DNA from: Geopsychrobacteraceae bacterium
Lineage (GTDB): Bacteria > Desulfobacterota > Desulfuromonadia > Desulfuromonadales > Geopsychrobacteraceae
Direction: 5' to 3'
Assembly (NCBI GenBank): GCA_963676795.2
Contig: CAXXTB010000001.1
Location: 352,001 to 416,000 of the forward strand
DNA: 64,000 bases
The notes under the pieces are model-generated. The model did not search any database. It worked only from the letters and a program-made list of their open reading frames with translations, and was not told where the DNA came from. Shown here one piece after another: positions 37,137 to 47,459 of the stretch (its first letter is position 1; the number at the start of each line of letters is the position of its first letter). The translations under genes were made by a program, and so were the position numbers.

Positions 37137-38477
37137 GTGGAAAAATTGAATGTCAGTATGGTCAGCCTCGGCTGTCCGAAGAATCTGGTCGACGCGGAAG
37201 TCATGCTCGGGCAGCTGCCGCAGGACCGTTATCAGATCGTCACCGATGAGAGCCTTGCCGATATCATCATCGTCAATACCTGCTCTTTCATCAACGACGC
37301 CAAGGAAGAATCGATCGATACCATCCTGGAGATGGCCGATTACAAGCAGGACGGCAACTGCAAGATGCTGATCGTGACCGGCTGTCTGCCGCAGCGCTAC
37401 CAGGAGACCCTGCAGAAAGAACTGCCGGAGGTCGACATGTTTCTCGGGACGTCCGAAGGAGCCCGGATTGTTGAACTGATCGAACGTCATCTGCGCACCG
37501 GCGCCCCGGAGATCGAAATCGGCCGTCCCGACTACCTCTACGATCATCTGACCCCGCGGGTCAACTCCTCTCCGGCTTACACCAGCTACGTCAAGATCGC
37601 CGAAGGCTGTTCAAATCGCTGTTCCTACTGCGTTATTCCCCAGCTGCGCGGCAGTCTGCGCTCGCGCAGTATCGACTCGTTGGTGCAGGAATGCCGGGCG
37701 TTGGCCGAGCAGGGGGTGACCGAAATCAACCTGATCGCCCAGGACATCACGGCCTATGGGCGTGATCGTGAGGATGGCGCGACCCTGGAAAAACTGCTCA
37801 GGGAGTTGGTCAAGATCGACGGGATTGTCTGGCTCCGCTTGCTCTACGCCTATCCGGATGGGGTCACTGACGAGCTGATCGAGCTGATTGCAACGGAAGA
37901 GAAGATCTGTAACTACCTCGATCTGCCGCTCCAGCATATTGATGGCGAGATTCTCAAGCAGATGAACCGACGCCTCGATGAACAGGGGTTACGTGCTCTG
38001 GTGACCCGAATGCGCCAGCGGATTTCCGATATCACCCTGCGTACCTCCTTTATCGTCGGCTTTCCGGGAGAAACCCGTGAACAGTTTGATAAGCTGCTTA
38101 AGTTTGTCGAGGAAGGGCATTTCGAACGGGTCGGTGTCTTCCGTTATTCGCGTGAAGAGGGGACCCCGGCCGCCAAGATGGACAACCAGATCCCGGCCCA
38201 GACCAAGAAGAGCCGTCTCAACCGGCTGATGAAGGCCCAGGCCCGGGTCTCTTTCGCCAAAAACCGGGCTCTGCTCGGTACCACCCAGAAGGTCCTGGTC
38301 GAAGGTTACAGCGAGGAGACCGATTTGCTCCTCAAGGGGCGTAGTGAACGTCAGGCTCCCGATATCGACGGCCATTTCCTGATTACGTCCGGGCAGGCCA
38401 ATATCGGTGATTACGTCGATCTGAAGATTACCGATTCATCGGAATATGACCTGATCGGAGAGATGGTCGAGGACTGA
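37137..38477 (+). CDS. rimO: Ribosomal protein S12 methylthiotransferase
   Basis: [31 protein letters not shown] radical-SAM motif, TRAM domain with APDIDG. Confidence 0.97.
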   Translation: MEKLNVSMVSLGCPKNLVDAEVMLGQLPQDRYQIVTDESLADIIIVNTCSFINDAKEESIDTILEMADYKQDGNCKMLIVTGCLPQRYQETLQKELPEVDMFLGTSEGARIVELIERHLRTGAPEIEIGRPDYLYDHLTPRVNSSPAYTSYVKIAEGCSNRCSYCVIPQLRGSLRSRSIDSLVQECRALAEQGVTEINLIAQDITAYGRDREDGATLEKLLRELVKIDGIVWLRLLYAYPDGVTDELIELIATEEKICNYLDLPLQHIDGEILKQMNRRLDEQGLRALVTRMRQRISDITLRTSFIVGFPGETREQFDKLLKFVEEGHFERVGVFRYSREEGTPAAKMDNQIPAQTKKSRLNRLMKAQARVSFAKNRALLGTTQKVLVEGYSEETDLLLKGRSERQAPDIDGHFLITSGQANIGDYVDLKITDSSEYDLIGEMVED

Positions 38478-38480
38478 TCG

Positions 38481-39467
38481 ATGGGCAAGCGACCTCTGCT
38501 GGTCATAGCTTTGATTGTGCTGATCCTGATTGTCGCCTGGCTGCGTCATCCGGCGCAGGAGGGCTCCGTTTCAAGAACCGCCCTGATACTCGGCACCCTG
38601 GTCGAGATTACCGCCTACGGTGACGATCAGGATCTTCTCGATTCGGCCGTCACTGGCGCCTTTGCCGAGATGCAGCGGCTCGAGAAACTGCTGTCTACCC
38701 ATCTTCCCGACAGTGAAATCTCCCGGCTGAACACCAGCTCCGGGCCTCTCGAACTTACTGGCGAGACCAGGGCGCTGATTTCCCGTGGTGAAGAGATCGC
38801 GCGCTTAAGCGACGGTGCCTTTGAGATGGGGCTTGGCGGGGTCAAAGCCCTGTGGCAGATCGAATCGGATCAGCCGCGTATTCCAACGGATGCAGAACTT
38901 CATCTGGCTCTGATCGGCCTCGGGCCTGGAGATATCGTCATTCAGGGAAGCCTAGTCAGTCGGCGCAGCTCCGAGGTGCAGGTCGATCTGGGCGGGATTG
39001 CCAAGGGCTATGCCGCCGATCGCGCGCTTGAAGTGCTCAAGGATGCCGGAGTGGCCTCTGCAACCATCAACGCCGGCGGGGATATCGCGCTGATTGGCAC
39101 GCACAGCGGCAAGCCGTGGCGGATCGGCATTCAGCACCCGCGCCATCAGGACCAGATCCTTGTGACCCTGGAGGTCACCGATCAGGCGGTTGTGACCTCG
39201 GGGGATTACGAACGCTTCTTTGAACGTGAGGGTGTCCGTTACCATCATATCTTCGATCCGTCTACCGGGCACCCGGCCAGGCTCTGCCAGAGTGTCACCA
39301 TCGTTGCTAACGACGCTGAGACTGCTGATGGGCTGGCGACAGCGACCTTCGTCATGGGTCCGGAACTGGGTTTGGCCTTGCTTGAAGGTCTGCCGGATGT
39401 CGAAGGTCTGATCGTCACTGCCGATGGACAGCTGCTCAAGAGCTCTGGTTTGCCATGGCGGGATTAA
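38481..39467 (+). CDS. apbE: FAD:protein FMN transferase (ApbE family)
   Basis: DLGGIAKGY, NAGGD, WRIGIQHPR, TSGDYER, YHHIFDP, ADGLATA. Confidence 0.95.
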   Translation: MGKRPLLVIALIVLILIVAWLRHPAQEGSVSRTALILGTLVEITAYGDDQDLLDSAVTGAFAEMQRLEKLLSTHLPDSEISRLNTSSGPLELTGETRALISRGEEIARLSDGAFEMGLGGVKALWQIESDQPRIPTDAELHLALIGLGPGDIVIQGSLVSRRSSEVQVDLGGIAKGYAADRALEVLKDAGVASATINAGGDIALIGTHSGKPWRIGIQHPRHQDQILVTLEVTDQAVVTSGDYERFFEREGVRYHHIFDPSTGHPARLCQSVTIVANDAETADGLATATFVMGPELGLALLEGLPDVEGLIVTADGQLLKSSGLPWRD

Positions 39468-39859
39468 GGGCATTAGGAAGCTGGTGGAAAAAACTGCCGG
39501 TCATCGACCGGCTGATCCTGACCTGTACCTGCCTGATCGCTTTCGGCTCCTTTGGACTTTTTGTCAATCTGCAGACAGGTCAGCGGGTCAGCGTCTATTC
39601 CGGCAGTGAGCTTATCTACAACGTTCCGCTCGATGAGGATAGTCTTCTCGAAGTCAGAGGACCCCTCGGGGTAACCGTCGTCAAAGTTGAAAATCACAGC
39701 GTGCGGATCTTGAGCTCACCCTGTCCTAACAAGACTTGCGTACGGTCGGGGGCTGTTGAACATGTCCACGATCTGATCGCCTGCCTGCCGAACCATGTGT
39801 TTGTCAAAATCGAGGGGGAAGAGAACCATGAGAGGGGCTATGACCTTCTCAGTCGCTGA
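39455..39859 (+). CDS. NusG domain II-containing membrane-anchored protein
   Basis: TM then GPLG...SPCPNKTCV..G......IACLPN pattern. Confidence 0.88.
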   Translation: MAGLRALGSWWKKLPVIDRLILTCTCLIAFGSFGLFVNLQTGQRVSVYSGSELIYNVPLDEDSLLEVRGPLGVTVVKVENHSVRILSSPCPNKTCVRSGAVEHVHDLIACLPNHVFVKIEGEENHERGYDLLSR

Positions 39860-40460
39860 GAACCGGAGTCTGACACGCGAACGCAGGCGGGTCATGCTCG
39901 CCCTGTTTATCGCTCTGGCGATTGCTGTGCATACCTTTGAGGTGCTGCTTCCCAATCCGATCCCCTGGTTCCGTATCGGCCTGGCCAATATCCTCGGCAT
40001 CTGCGCCCTGTTCAGTTTCGGCATCCGCGCCCTCTGGGCCGTGACCCTGTGCCGGATTGTCGGCGGCAGCCTGCTGGTCGGCAGCCTGTTTGCCCCCGGT
40101 TTTCTGCTCTCGCTGGGTGGCGGCCTCTGTGCCTGCCTGCTGATGAGCCTCGCTTACGCAGCGTTCAGGCGAACCATCGGTCCGGTCGGGGTGTCGCTGC
40201 TCGGTGCTTATGGTCATATCTGCGGCCAGCTACTGATCGCCTGGCTGGTGATCATCCGCCACTCGTCGCTGTGGATGCTGATCCCTTTCTTTCTGCTTTT
40301 CGCCCTGATTAGTGGTACCATTAACGGGATCGTCAGTGAATTTCTGCTCAGGGTTCTGATCCGGCATCCTGTTTTCGAAGCTGTAGAGGAGCCTTATGTT
40401 ACAGCTCTTGGCCATGCTGATGTCAGCCAATCTGAAATTAATAATATGGAGGAGTCATGA
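39840..40460 (+). CDS. Gx transporter family (heptaprenyl diphosphate synthase component I-like) membrane protein
   Basis: E..LP.P.PWFRIGLAN, GSLFAPGF.LS..G, GVSLLGA.GH..GQ; follows the NusG-II gene. Confidence 0.87.
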   Translation: MTFSVAENRSLTRERRRVMLALFIALAIAVHTFEVLLPNPIPWFRIGLANILGICALFSFGIRALWAVTLCRIVGGSLLVGSLFAPGFLLSLGGGLCACLLMSLAYAAFRRTIGPVGVSLLGAYGHICGQLLIAWLVIIRHSSLWMLIPFFLLFALISGTINGIVSEFLLRVLIRHPVFEAVEEPYVTALGHADVSQSEINNMEES

Positions 40461-41455
40461 AAGTTGTCTTGCCTGTTGCCGGTAAGGGGACGCGCCTGCG
40501 TCCGCATACTCATACCAAAGCCAAGTCGCTGGTCAATGTTGCCGGAAAGACGGTTCTGCAGCATATCATCGAACGACTGCAGCCTCTCAATGTTGAGGAA
40601 TATATCTTCATCACCGATGAAAACGGCGCACAGATTTCTGATTTCATGGCCCAGCAGTTTGCCGAACTGAACTGCAGCTATTATATTCAGCGGGAACGTC
40701 TGGGCCCGGCCCACGCAGTGGCCCTTGCCGCTCCTTCAATCAGTGAGGGGGATGAGTTGCTGATCGTTTTCAACGATACCATCTTCGTCACCGACCTGAC
40801 CCGCATTCCGCAGCTCTGTGAAGGGGCCGACGGTCTGATCTATTCCAAGGAGGTCGAGGACTATCAGCGTTTCGGGGTCAACGTCCTCAAGGGGGACTAT
40901 ATTGTCGATATGGTCGAAAAGCCGGAGACCCCGATCTCGCGGCTGGCGCAGGTCGGGCTCTACTACATGAAGGATGGCGCCGGCTTCATCAAGGCGATCG
41001 AAGCGACCATCGCTGCCGGTGAAACGGTTAAAGGGGAGTACTATCTGCCTGCCGTTTTCATGCGCATGATCGCTGAGGGGATGAAGTTCAAGGCTCCGGA
41101 GATCGATGCCTGGCTCGACTGCGGCAAACCGGAAACCCTGCTCGAGACCAACCGCTACCTGCTTAAGGGGCGCCATCACATTCACGGCGACGTCAAGGAC
41201 TGCGTGTTGATCGAGCCGGTACACGTCGAAGCCGGAGCCGTGGTGCGCAATTCGATCATCGGCCCGAACGTTTCCATCGCAGCCGGCAGCGAGATCGAGT
41301 TCAGCGTCATCAGTGATTCGATCATCAATACCGGTGACAAGGTCACTCACCTGGTACTCCACCAGTCGTTGCTCGGTGACCATGTTTCGTTGCTCGGTGC
41401 GCCGCGGCGGATGAACATCGGCGATCACTCGCTGATTATCATGGACCGCTCCTGA
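40457..41455 (+). CDS. Sugar-phosphate nucleotidyltransferase (long form with LbH tail)
   Basis: PVAGKGTRLRPHT, VEKP, WLDCGKP, C-terminal hexapeptide repeats. Confidence 0.9.
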   Translation: MKVVLPVAGKGTRLRPHTHTKAKSLVNVAGKTVLQHIIERLQPLNVEEYIFITDENGAQISDFMAQQFAELNCSYYIQRERLGPAHAVALAAPSISEGDELLIVFNDTIFVTDLTRIPQLCEGADGLIYSKEVEDYQRFGVNVLKGDYIVDMVEKPETPISRLAQVGLYYMKDGAGFIKAIEATIAAGETVKGEYYLPAVFMRMIAEGMKFKAPEIDAWLDCGKPETLLETNRYLLKGRHHIHGDVKDCVLIEPVHVEAGAVVRNSIIGPNVSIAAGSEIEFSVISDSIINTGDKVTHLVLHQSLLGDHVSLLGAPRRMNIGDHSLIIMDRS

Positions 41456-41459
41456 TCCC

Positions 41460-43055
41460 ATGAACCAGCTTTATCAGTACCTGCCCTACCTGATCCCCCC
41501 CGTACTGGGGGGGATCATCGGTTATGTCACCAATTATGTGGCGATCCGCATGCTCTTCAGGCCGCTGCGCCCGTGGCGGATTCTCGGCCTGCGGGTGCCG
41601 CTGACGCCGGGCATCATTCCGGCCAAGCGAGGCGAGCTGGCGCGCAAGATGGGCGAGATGGTCGGCGATCATCTGCTGACGGCAGAGGATGTCGGCCGGG
41701 CTTTTGCCAAGGAACCGATACAGCGCGAGTTGCGCCTGACCGTTGCGGACAAGCTGGGCGAGCTTCTGGACCGGCCGCTCGGCCCGCTGGAGACCCTGGT
41801 TCCCGTACGTTTTCGCAAGCGCTTTTCTGACCTTATTGGCATCCTGCAGGCCAAAACCGTCAGTATTGTCAGCGAATATCTGCACAGTGCTGATTTTGAA
41901 GTGCGCTTGCGGGTCTATCTTGATCATCAACTCGATGAGCTTCTGGCCCGCGATCTGGCCAGTTACCTGAGCCCGGAGCGTGAACGTCAGCTTCAGGGCC
42001 ACCTTGAGAAACTGATCAGGCAGTTGATCCTGGCAGAAAAAACCGGTCAGCTGGTCGCTGGTTATATCGATCGTAAAACCGATCAACTTTTGAGCAGTGA
42101 CAAGACATTGCGCCAGCTGCTGCCGGAGGACCTGGTCGAGGTTCTCATCGCTCAGCTCGAAAAGGAACTACCGCCGCTGATCGAAAAGTTTGGCGGCATG
42201 CTCTACGACCCGCAGTTTCGCAGCAGGCTGATCGACAAGGGGAAGCAGGCGATCGATGCCTTTCTCGATTCTCTTGGCGGCCTGGCCGGGCTGCTTAGCG
42301 GTTTCATCGACCTGAACAAGATCTATGACAAGATCCCCGGTTTTCTCGATCAGGCCGGAGATCAGATTGCCGCCTGGCTCAAGGAGGAGAAGACCCAGGC
42401 GCAACTGACCCACTTTCTGCGCGAGCGGATCGATCATTTCCTCGATCGGCCGGTCAGCAGCTTTGTCGAGCATCTCTCCTACGAAAAGGTGACCGGCATC
42501 AAAGGCTTTGTCCGCGATCGGATCATCAGTACCCTGCAGTCGGAAAAGACGGTCGACAGTCTGGTTGTTCTGACCGAGAGCGCTCTGGACCGGGTCAAGG
42601 ATCAACCTTTTGCGGAGCTGCTTGAACGCTGTCTGCCTGAAGACGGGGTTGCCAGCGGGCGCCAGCTGCTTGCGACCAGGGTCCTTGCCATGCTGCGTTC
42701 CGCGCAACTGCACAAGGCCTTTGAGGAGGTCCTGATCGCCCAGACCGACAAGTGGATCTACCAGAAACCGATCGGTCTGCTTTCAACGAAACTGCCGGGT
42801 GATGTGCGCCAGGAGCTTGAAGTCGGCAGCTGTCAACTGGTCGAAGAGATGCTCAAAAAGGAAGCCCCCAGGCTGGTCGACACCCTCAACGTCTGTCGCA
42901 TGGTTGAGGAAAAGGTCAACAGTCTCGACCTGCTCCAAGTTGAAGGGCTGCTGATGGGGGTGATGAGGGAGCAGTTCAAGTACATCAACCTGTTCGGCGC
43001 TCTGCTCGGGTTTATTATCGGCTGTCTGAATCTGCTGGTGATCGGTCTGTTTTGA
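41460..43055 (+). CDS. DUF445-family membrane protein
   Basis: GGIIGYVTNYVAIRMLFRP, PGIIP, C-terminal YINLFGALLGFIIG. Confidence 0.88.
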   Translation: MNQLYQYLPYLIPPVLGGIIGYVTNYVAIRMLFRPLRPWRILGLRVPLTPGIIPAKRGELARKMGEMVGDHLLTAEDVGRAFAKEPIQRELRLTVADKLGELLDRPLGPLETLVPVRFRKRFSDLIGILQAKTVSIVSEYLHSADFEVRLRVYLDHQLDELLARDLASYLSPERERQLQGHLEKLIRQLILAEKTGQLVAGYIDRKTDQLLSSDKTLRQLLPEDLVEVLIAQLEKELPPLIEKFGGMLYDPQFRSRLIDKGKQAIDAFLDSLGGLAGLLSGFIDLNKIYDKIPGFLDQAGDQIAAWLKEEKTQAQLTHFLRERIDHFLDRPVSSFVEHLSYEKVTGIKGFVRDRIISTLQSEKTVDSLVVLTESALDRVKDQPFAELLERCLPEDGVASGRQLLATRVLAMLRSAQLHKAFEEVLIAQTDKWIYQKPIGLLSTKLPGDVRQELEVGSCQLVEEMLKKEAPRLVDTLNVCRMVEEKVNSLDLLQVEGLLMGVMREQFKYINLFGALLGFIIGCLNLLVIGLF

Positions 43056-43135
43056 GAATAGCTGGCCGATCACTGGATTTTATCGCTGCAGCGGTGCTAA
43101 CCTGATACCAGCAGTCAGCTGGATAAGGAGTGATT

Positions 43136-43591
43136 ATGGCCCGTGCAACCTTTGCCGCCGGATGTTTCTGGGGGGTTGAAGAAGCCTTTCGTGTTCTCGA
43201 TGGGGTGCTTGAGACAGCTGTCGGTTATACCGGAGGGCGGGTTGCGCAGCCGACCTATCAGCTGGTCTGCAGCGGTGAAACTGGGCACGCCGAAGCGGTC
43301 CAAATCGAGTATGATCCCGAACGGATCAGCTATGACCAGCTGCTCGAGGTTTTCTGGCACAAGCACAACCCGACCACGCTCAACCGCCAGGGGTGGGATA
43401 TCGGCGATCAGTACCGCTCGGCAATCTTCTATCATACCGAAGAACAGCGGGAAATGGCGGAACGTTCCAAGCAGCTTCTCGCCGCGTCCGGCCTGTACCG
43501 CGATCCGCTTGTCACCGAGATCGTTGCGGCAGAGACCTTCTGGCGGGCGGAAGACTATCATCAGCAGTATCTCCTCAAGCAGAAACGATAA
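43136..43591 (+). CDS. msrA: Peptide methionine sulfoxide reductase A
   Basis: [37 protein letters not shown]. Confidence 0.97.
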   Translation: MARATFAAGCFWGVEEAFRVLDGVLETAVGYTGGRVAQPTYQLVCSGETGHAEAVQIEYDPERISYDQLLEVFWHKHNPTTLNRQGWDIGDQYRSAIFYHTEEQREMAERSKQLLAASGLYRDPLVTEIVAAETFWRAEDYHQQYLLKQKR

Positions 43592-43684
43592 CTCCAACGG
43601 GGGGGAGGGTTCGTTATCTTTGAAAATATTCTGAAAATTGAACAGCCTCTGTCGAAAATACTGCAGGTCTGTTCTTTCGTCCTG

Positions 43685-44422
43685 GTGCTGACTGGTTGCT
43701 GCCTGGCACTTTTGAACGGTGCGGAAAGTCTTGGCTACACCTGGCACTGGCAACGGATACCGCGCTATCTGTTCAGTGTATCGGCTTCCGGCTGGCGAGT
43801 CGGCCCCCTGCTGCAGGGGTTGTGGCTGACCCTGGTGATTTCTGCCGTCAGTCTGGTGTTTACCCTGGTGATCGGCCTGGTGACGGCTCTGATGCGTCTC
43901 TCGGGCGGGATCATGGCGACCGCCCTGGCGCGTATCTATCTTGAAGCGATCCGCAATACGCCGCTGCTGGTCCAGATTTTCCTGATCTACTTTGTCCTGG
44001 CGCCGATTCTGGGGTTCGGGCGTTTCAGCTCGGCGGTACTTGCCCTCAGCCTGTTTGAAGGGGCCTATGCATCGGAGATTATTCGTGCCGGTATTCTGGC
44101 CATCAACCGGGGACAGTGGGAAGCTGCCGCGGCACTCGGCCTGACAAGGGCTGGCACCTACCGTCACATCATTCTGCCCCAGGCCTTGAGGCAGATGATT
44201 CCGCCGCTGACCAGCCAGGGGATTTCGCTGATCAAGGATTCGGCCCTGGTTTCGACCATTGCTATCTACGACCTGACTATGCAGGGGCAGCAGCTTGTCG
44301 CCGAGACCTTTCTGACTTTTGAGGTCTGGTTTACCGTCGCCGCCATCTACCTGCTGGTCACCATCATGTTGAGTGGTCTGGTAAAATTTCTGGAATACCG
44401 CATGTCTAAATACCTGAACTGA
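43685..44422 (+). CDS. Polar amino-acid ABC transporter permease
   Basis: RNTPLLVQ, AYASEIIRAGI, GQWEAA, LIKDSALV. Confidence 0.93.
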   Translation: MLTGCCLALLNGAESLGYTWHWQRIPRYLFSVSASGWRVGPLLQGLWLTLVISAVSLVFTLVIGLVTALMRLSGGIMATALARIYLEAIRNTPLLVQIFLIYFVLAPILGFGRFSSAVLALSLFEGAYASEIIRAGILAINRGQWEAAAALGLTRAGTYRHIILPQALRQMIPPLTSQGISLIKDSALVSTIAIYDLTMQGQQLVAETFLTFEVWFTVAAIYLLVTIMLSGLVKFLEYRMSKYLN

Positions 44423-44439
44423 AGATCAAGGAGAGGACC

Positions 44440-45261
44440 ATGTTACGACGCACAAGTTTATGCCTGATTCTGCTGATTGCCTTTGTTATTCCCGTATTCG
44501 CAGCCGACTTGCGCCAGGATCTCGCCCAGGCGAGCAGCCTGGAACAGGTGATAACGAAGAATCGCCTGCGGGTCGGATTTTCAACCTTTGTCCCCTGGGC
44601 GATGAAGGACAAGACCGGCGATTACACCGGTTTCGAGATAGAGGTTGCCAGGCGTCTGGCCGAGGATATTGGGGTCGAAATCGAATTCGTCCCGACCAAA
44701 TGGTCGGGGATCATCCCGGCCCTGCTGACCGGTAAGTTCGACGTCATCATCGGCGGCATGGGGATCACCCCTGAGCGCAATCTCAAGGTCAATTTCAGTG
44801 ATCCCTACGAATATTCGGGTATGTCGCTTGTCGCCAACCGCCAGCTTGCAGGTAACCTGAGCAGTCTCGAAGCATTCAACAACCCGCAACTGACTGTTGT
44901 CGCCAGGATTGGTACAACCGCTGCTGAAGCGGCAAAGAAATACCTGCCTGAAGCCCAACTGCGCCTGTTCGACGATGAAGGTCAGGCCTTGCAGGAGGTG
45001 CTCAACGAGCGCGCCGCAGCGATGATCTCATCCCAGCCGTTTCCGGAATTTCAGAGTCTGAAATATCAGGACAAGCTCTATCTGCCGCTTTCCGGTGAGA
45101 CTTTTACCCGGGAGCCGATCGGCTTTGCCGTGCGTAAAGGAGATCCCGATTTCCTCAACTTTCTCAACAACTGGATTCAGGTGCGTAGCGCCGATGGCTG
45201 GCTGCAGGAGCGTTATCGCTACTGGTTCACCACCCAGGACTGGAAAGATCAGGTTGAATAG
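44440..45261 (+). CDS. Polar amino-acid ABC transporter substrate-binding protein (family 3)
   Basis: Signal peptide, GFEIE, WSGIIPALLTGKFD, ITPER..VNFSDPY, GTT. Confidence 0.94.
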   Translation: MLRRTSLCLILLIAFVIPVFAADLRQDLAQASSLEQVITKNRLRVGFSTFVPWAMKDKTGDYTGFEIEVARRLAEDIGVEIEFVPTKWSGIIPALLTGKFDVIIGGMGITPERNLKVNFSDPYEYSGMSLVANRQLAGNLSSLEAFNNPQLTVVARIGTTAAEAAKKYLPEAQLRLFDDEGQALQEVLNERAAAMISSQPFPEFQSLKYQDKLYLPLSGETFTREPIGFAVRKGDPDFLNFLNNWIQVRSADGWLQERYRYWFTTQDWKDQVE

Positions 45262-45315
45262 GCCGCAGACTGTGAGCGTTCTCGGGATCCACTGCCCGGA
45301 AGCGGTTCAGGTCTT

Positions 45316-46197
45316 TTGATGCTGAAGCGGCAAAAAGCCTGGGGGCGGGGAGATACCCTGCTGCTGATTCTGATTGCGGGGTTCATCGCTTTCCTTGGCT
45401 ACCGGATCTTTTTCAGTCTGGAGTATCGCTGGAACTGGCAGATCATTCCTCAGTACCTGATGCGTCATGACGCTTCCCGGGGGTGGGTTCCCAATCTTCT
45501 GCTTGAAGGTTTGCTGACCACCGTCCGCCTGAGCCTCTGGAGTCTGCTGCTGGCACTGCCGCTGGGGATTTTCATCGGCCTGCTGCGTACCGGCCACTCC
45601 TTGCTGAGCCGCCTGCTGGGGGGAACCTATGTTGCCCTGTTGCGCAACCTGCCGCCGCTGGTACTGATCCTGATCTTCTATTATTTTGTCAGCGATCAGC
45701 TTCTGCCGCAGCTTGAAATAGGCGATCAGGTCAGAGGTTTGCCGAAATCTCTACAGCATTTCACTGCGGTGTTGCTGGCACCGGCTGATCAGCTTGAGGC
45801 CTTCATCGCGGCGGTTGTTACCCTGGCTCTGTTTGAAGGGGCCTATATCGCCGAGATCGTCCGGGCTGGTATAAACAGCCTTGACCGGGGGCAGTGGGAT
45901 GCCGGCCTAGCGTTGGGGATGAGGCGCTGGCAACAGCTGCGCCATATCATTCTGCCCCAAGCTTTTCAGCGGATGATCCCGGCACTGGCCGGACAGGCGA
46001 TTTCGACGATCAAGGATTCGGCGATTGTTGCGGTGATCTCGATCCAGGAACTGACCTTTCAGGGGATGGAACTGATGGCGGCGACCTACCTGACCTTTGA
46101 AGTCTGGATCACGGTGACGATCCTCTATTTTCTGCTGACCTACAGTTGCTCCTGGCTGGCGGGAAAACTGGAAAAAAGACTGTCTCTTAAGTATTGA
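45316..46197 (+). CDS. Polar amino-acid ABC transporter permease
   Basis: RNLPPLV, AYIAEIVRAGI, GQWDAG, TIKDSAIV. Confidence 0.93.
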   Translation: MMLKRQKAWGRGDTLLLILIAGFIAFLGYRIFFSLEYRWNWQIIPQYLMRHDASRGWVPNLLLEGLLTTVRLSLWSLLLALPLGIFIGLLRTGHSLLSRLLGGTYVALLRNLPPLVLILIFYYFVSDQLLPQLEIGDQVRGLPKSLQHFTAVLLAPADQLEAFIAAVVTLALFEGAYIAEIVRAGINSLDRGQWDAGLALGMRRWQQLRHIILPQAFQRMIPALAGQAISTIKDSAIVAVISIQELTFQGMELMAATYLTFEVWITVTILYFLLTYSCSWLAGKLEKRLSLKY

Positions 46198-46231
46198 AGA
46201 GCAGATCCGGGTTAACCCGGATCTGCTCTTC
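46196..46231. repeat. Perfect 36-bp palindrome between convergent genes (possible terminator or RNA-stabilising hairpin)
   Basis: GAAGAGCAGATCCGGGTT|AACCCGGATCTGCTCTTC is its own reverse complement. Confidence 0.85.
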
Positions 46232-46240
46232 TGCTGAAAA

Positions 46241-47293
46241 CTATTTCAGCAGGTACCTGCTCTCAAATTTACCGGTCTTGGCTTCATCCAGCCTCTTTTC
46301 AACGTATTCCAGAACCTCTTTGCCCGGAACACCTTTTGCCTTGGTATTGTCCAGGTATTCGTCGATAACAGGTTTGACGGCCTCCTTCCAGCTGGCAGCT
46401 TCCTTGGGATCGATACCAATAATCGAAGCGCCTTGAGTCAGGGCGAACTTGATGCCGCGAACTTCAGAGTCCTCCCAGGCCTGGCCATGGCGGCCCGCCC
46501 ACTCGAGGTCGAGCTCATCGATGATCTTCTGGGTTTCCGGATCGAGGGCGTTCCACTTATCCTTGTTCATGACCACGAAGAAGCCCAGAGAGACACCGGT
46601 CGGAGCGCTGTAAGCGGTGAACTTGGAAATTTCGGCGAGCTTCCAGTCGACAGCGGCTGTGAAATCGTAAACAGCCCCTTGAACGACGCCTTTCTGCAAA
46701 GCTTGGTAAAGCTCAGGCATCGGCAACGCCATTGGAGTGCCGCCAAGGGCTTTGACCATGGTCGCTGTCGGACCGACGGCCCTGATCTTCATCCCTTTGA
46801 GATCGCTCATCTGATGAATGGGAGTCCCAACTGTATGGATCGAGTGGGTTGGATTGGCGTGCAGGTAAAGGACCTTGACGTCCTGAAGTTCCTCAGGCTG
46901 AAATTTCTCCAGAACCTCGTTGATTATTGCGGTACTGACCGGGGCACTGAAGTAACCGAGTGGCAGATTGATGAAGTCCATCAGCGGGAAGCGGCCGCGA
47001 GTGTACTGAAGAATCGAAAAACCGATGTCGGTCATGCCGTTGAGTACGGCATCATAAGTCTGGGGTGCCTTGACCAGGCTCTGTCCCGGGTAGAAGTCGA
47101 TTTTCAGTTTGCCGTCGGTGCGTTTTTCAACCTCGGCGATCCAGGCTTCGATCAGCTTGCTGTGAATGTCGGTCGGTCCGTGATGGCAGGCATATCTCAG
47201 CGTCATCGGAGCCGCTAAAATCTGGCCGGGTAAGACCAGGCAGGCCATGAAGACCAGCGTCAGGGCAACTGCAACAGAACGAAACAATTTCAT
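46241..47293 (-). CDS. TRAP transporter substrate-binding protein (DctP family)
   Basis: Signal peptide, EVEKRTDGKL, GRFPL, DLKGMKIR, ALGGTP, ELYQALQKGVVQG. Confidence 0.93.
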   Translation of the reverse strand: MKLFRSVAVALTLVFMACLVLPGQILAAPMTLRYACHHGPTDIHSKLIEAWIAEVEKRTDGKLKIDFYPGQSLVKAPQTYDAVLNGMTDIGFSILQYTRGRFPLMDFINLPLGYFSAPVSTAIINEVLEKFQPEELQDVKVLYLHANPTHSIHTVGTPIHQMSDLKGMKIRAVGPTATMVKALGGTPMALPMPELYQALQKGVVQGAVYDFTAAVDWKLAEISKFTAYSAPTGVSLGFFVVMNKDKWNALDPETQKIIDELDLEWAGRHGQAWEDSEVRGIKFALTQGASIIGIDPKEAASWKEAVKPVIDEYLDNTKAKGVPGKEVLEYVEKRLDEAKTGKFESRYLLK

Positions 47294-47459
47294 ACCATTC
47301 TCCTTTCAATGTGCAACAGAGGGGGGATGGAACGACGTCATCGGCGTTCCTTATCGAGCAATGGATGCTTCTTTCCACTGACTCATTTCACATAGAAAGC
47401 ACGGATCAGGAGTTCCCCGGAGCGACTCCTGTTCTTTGTTGTTCAGTTTGTCTAAAGTT

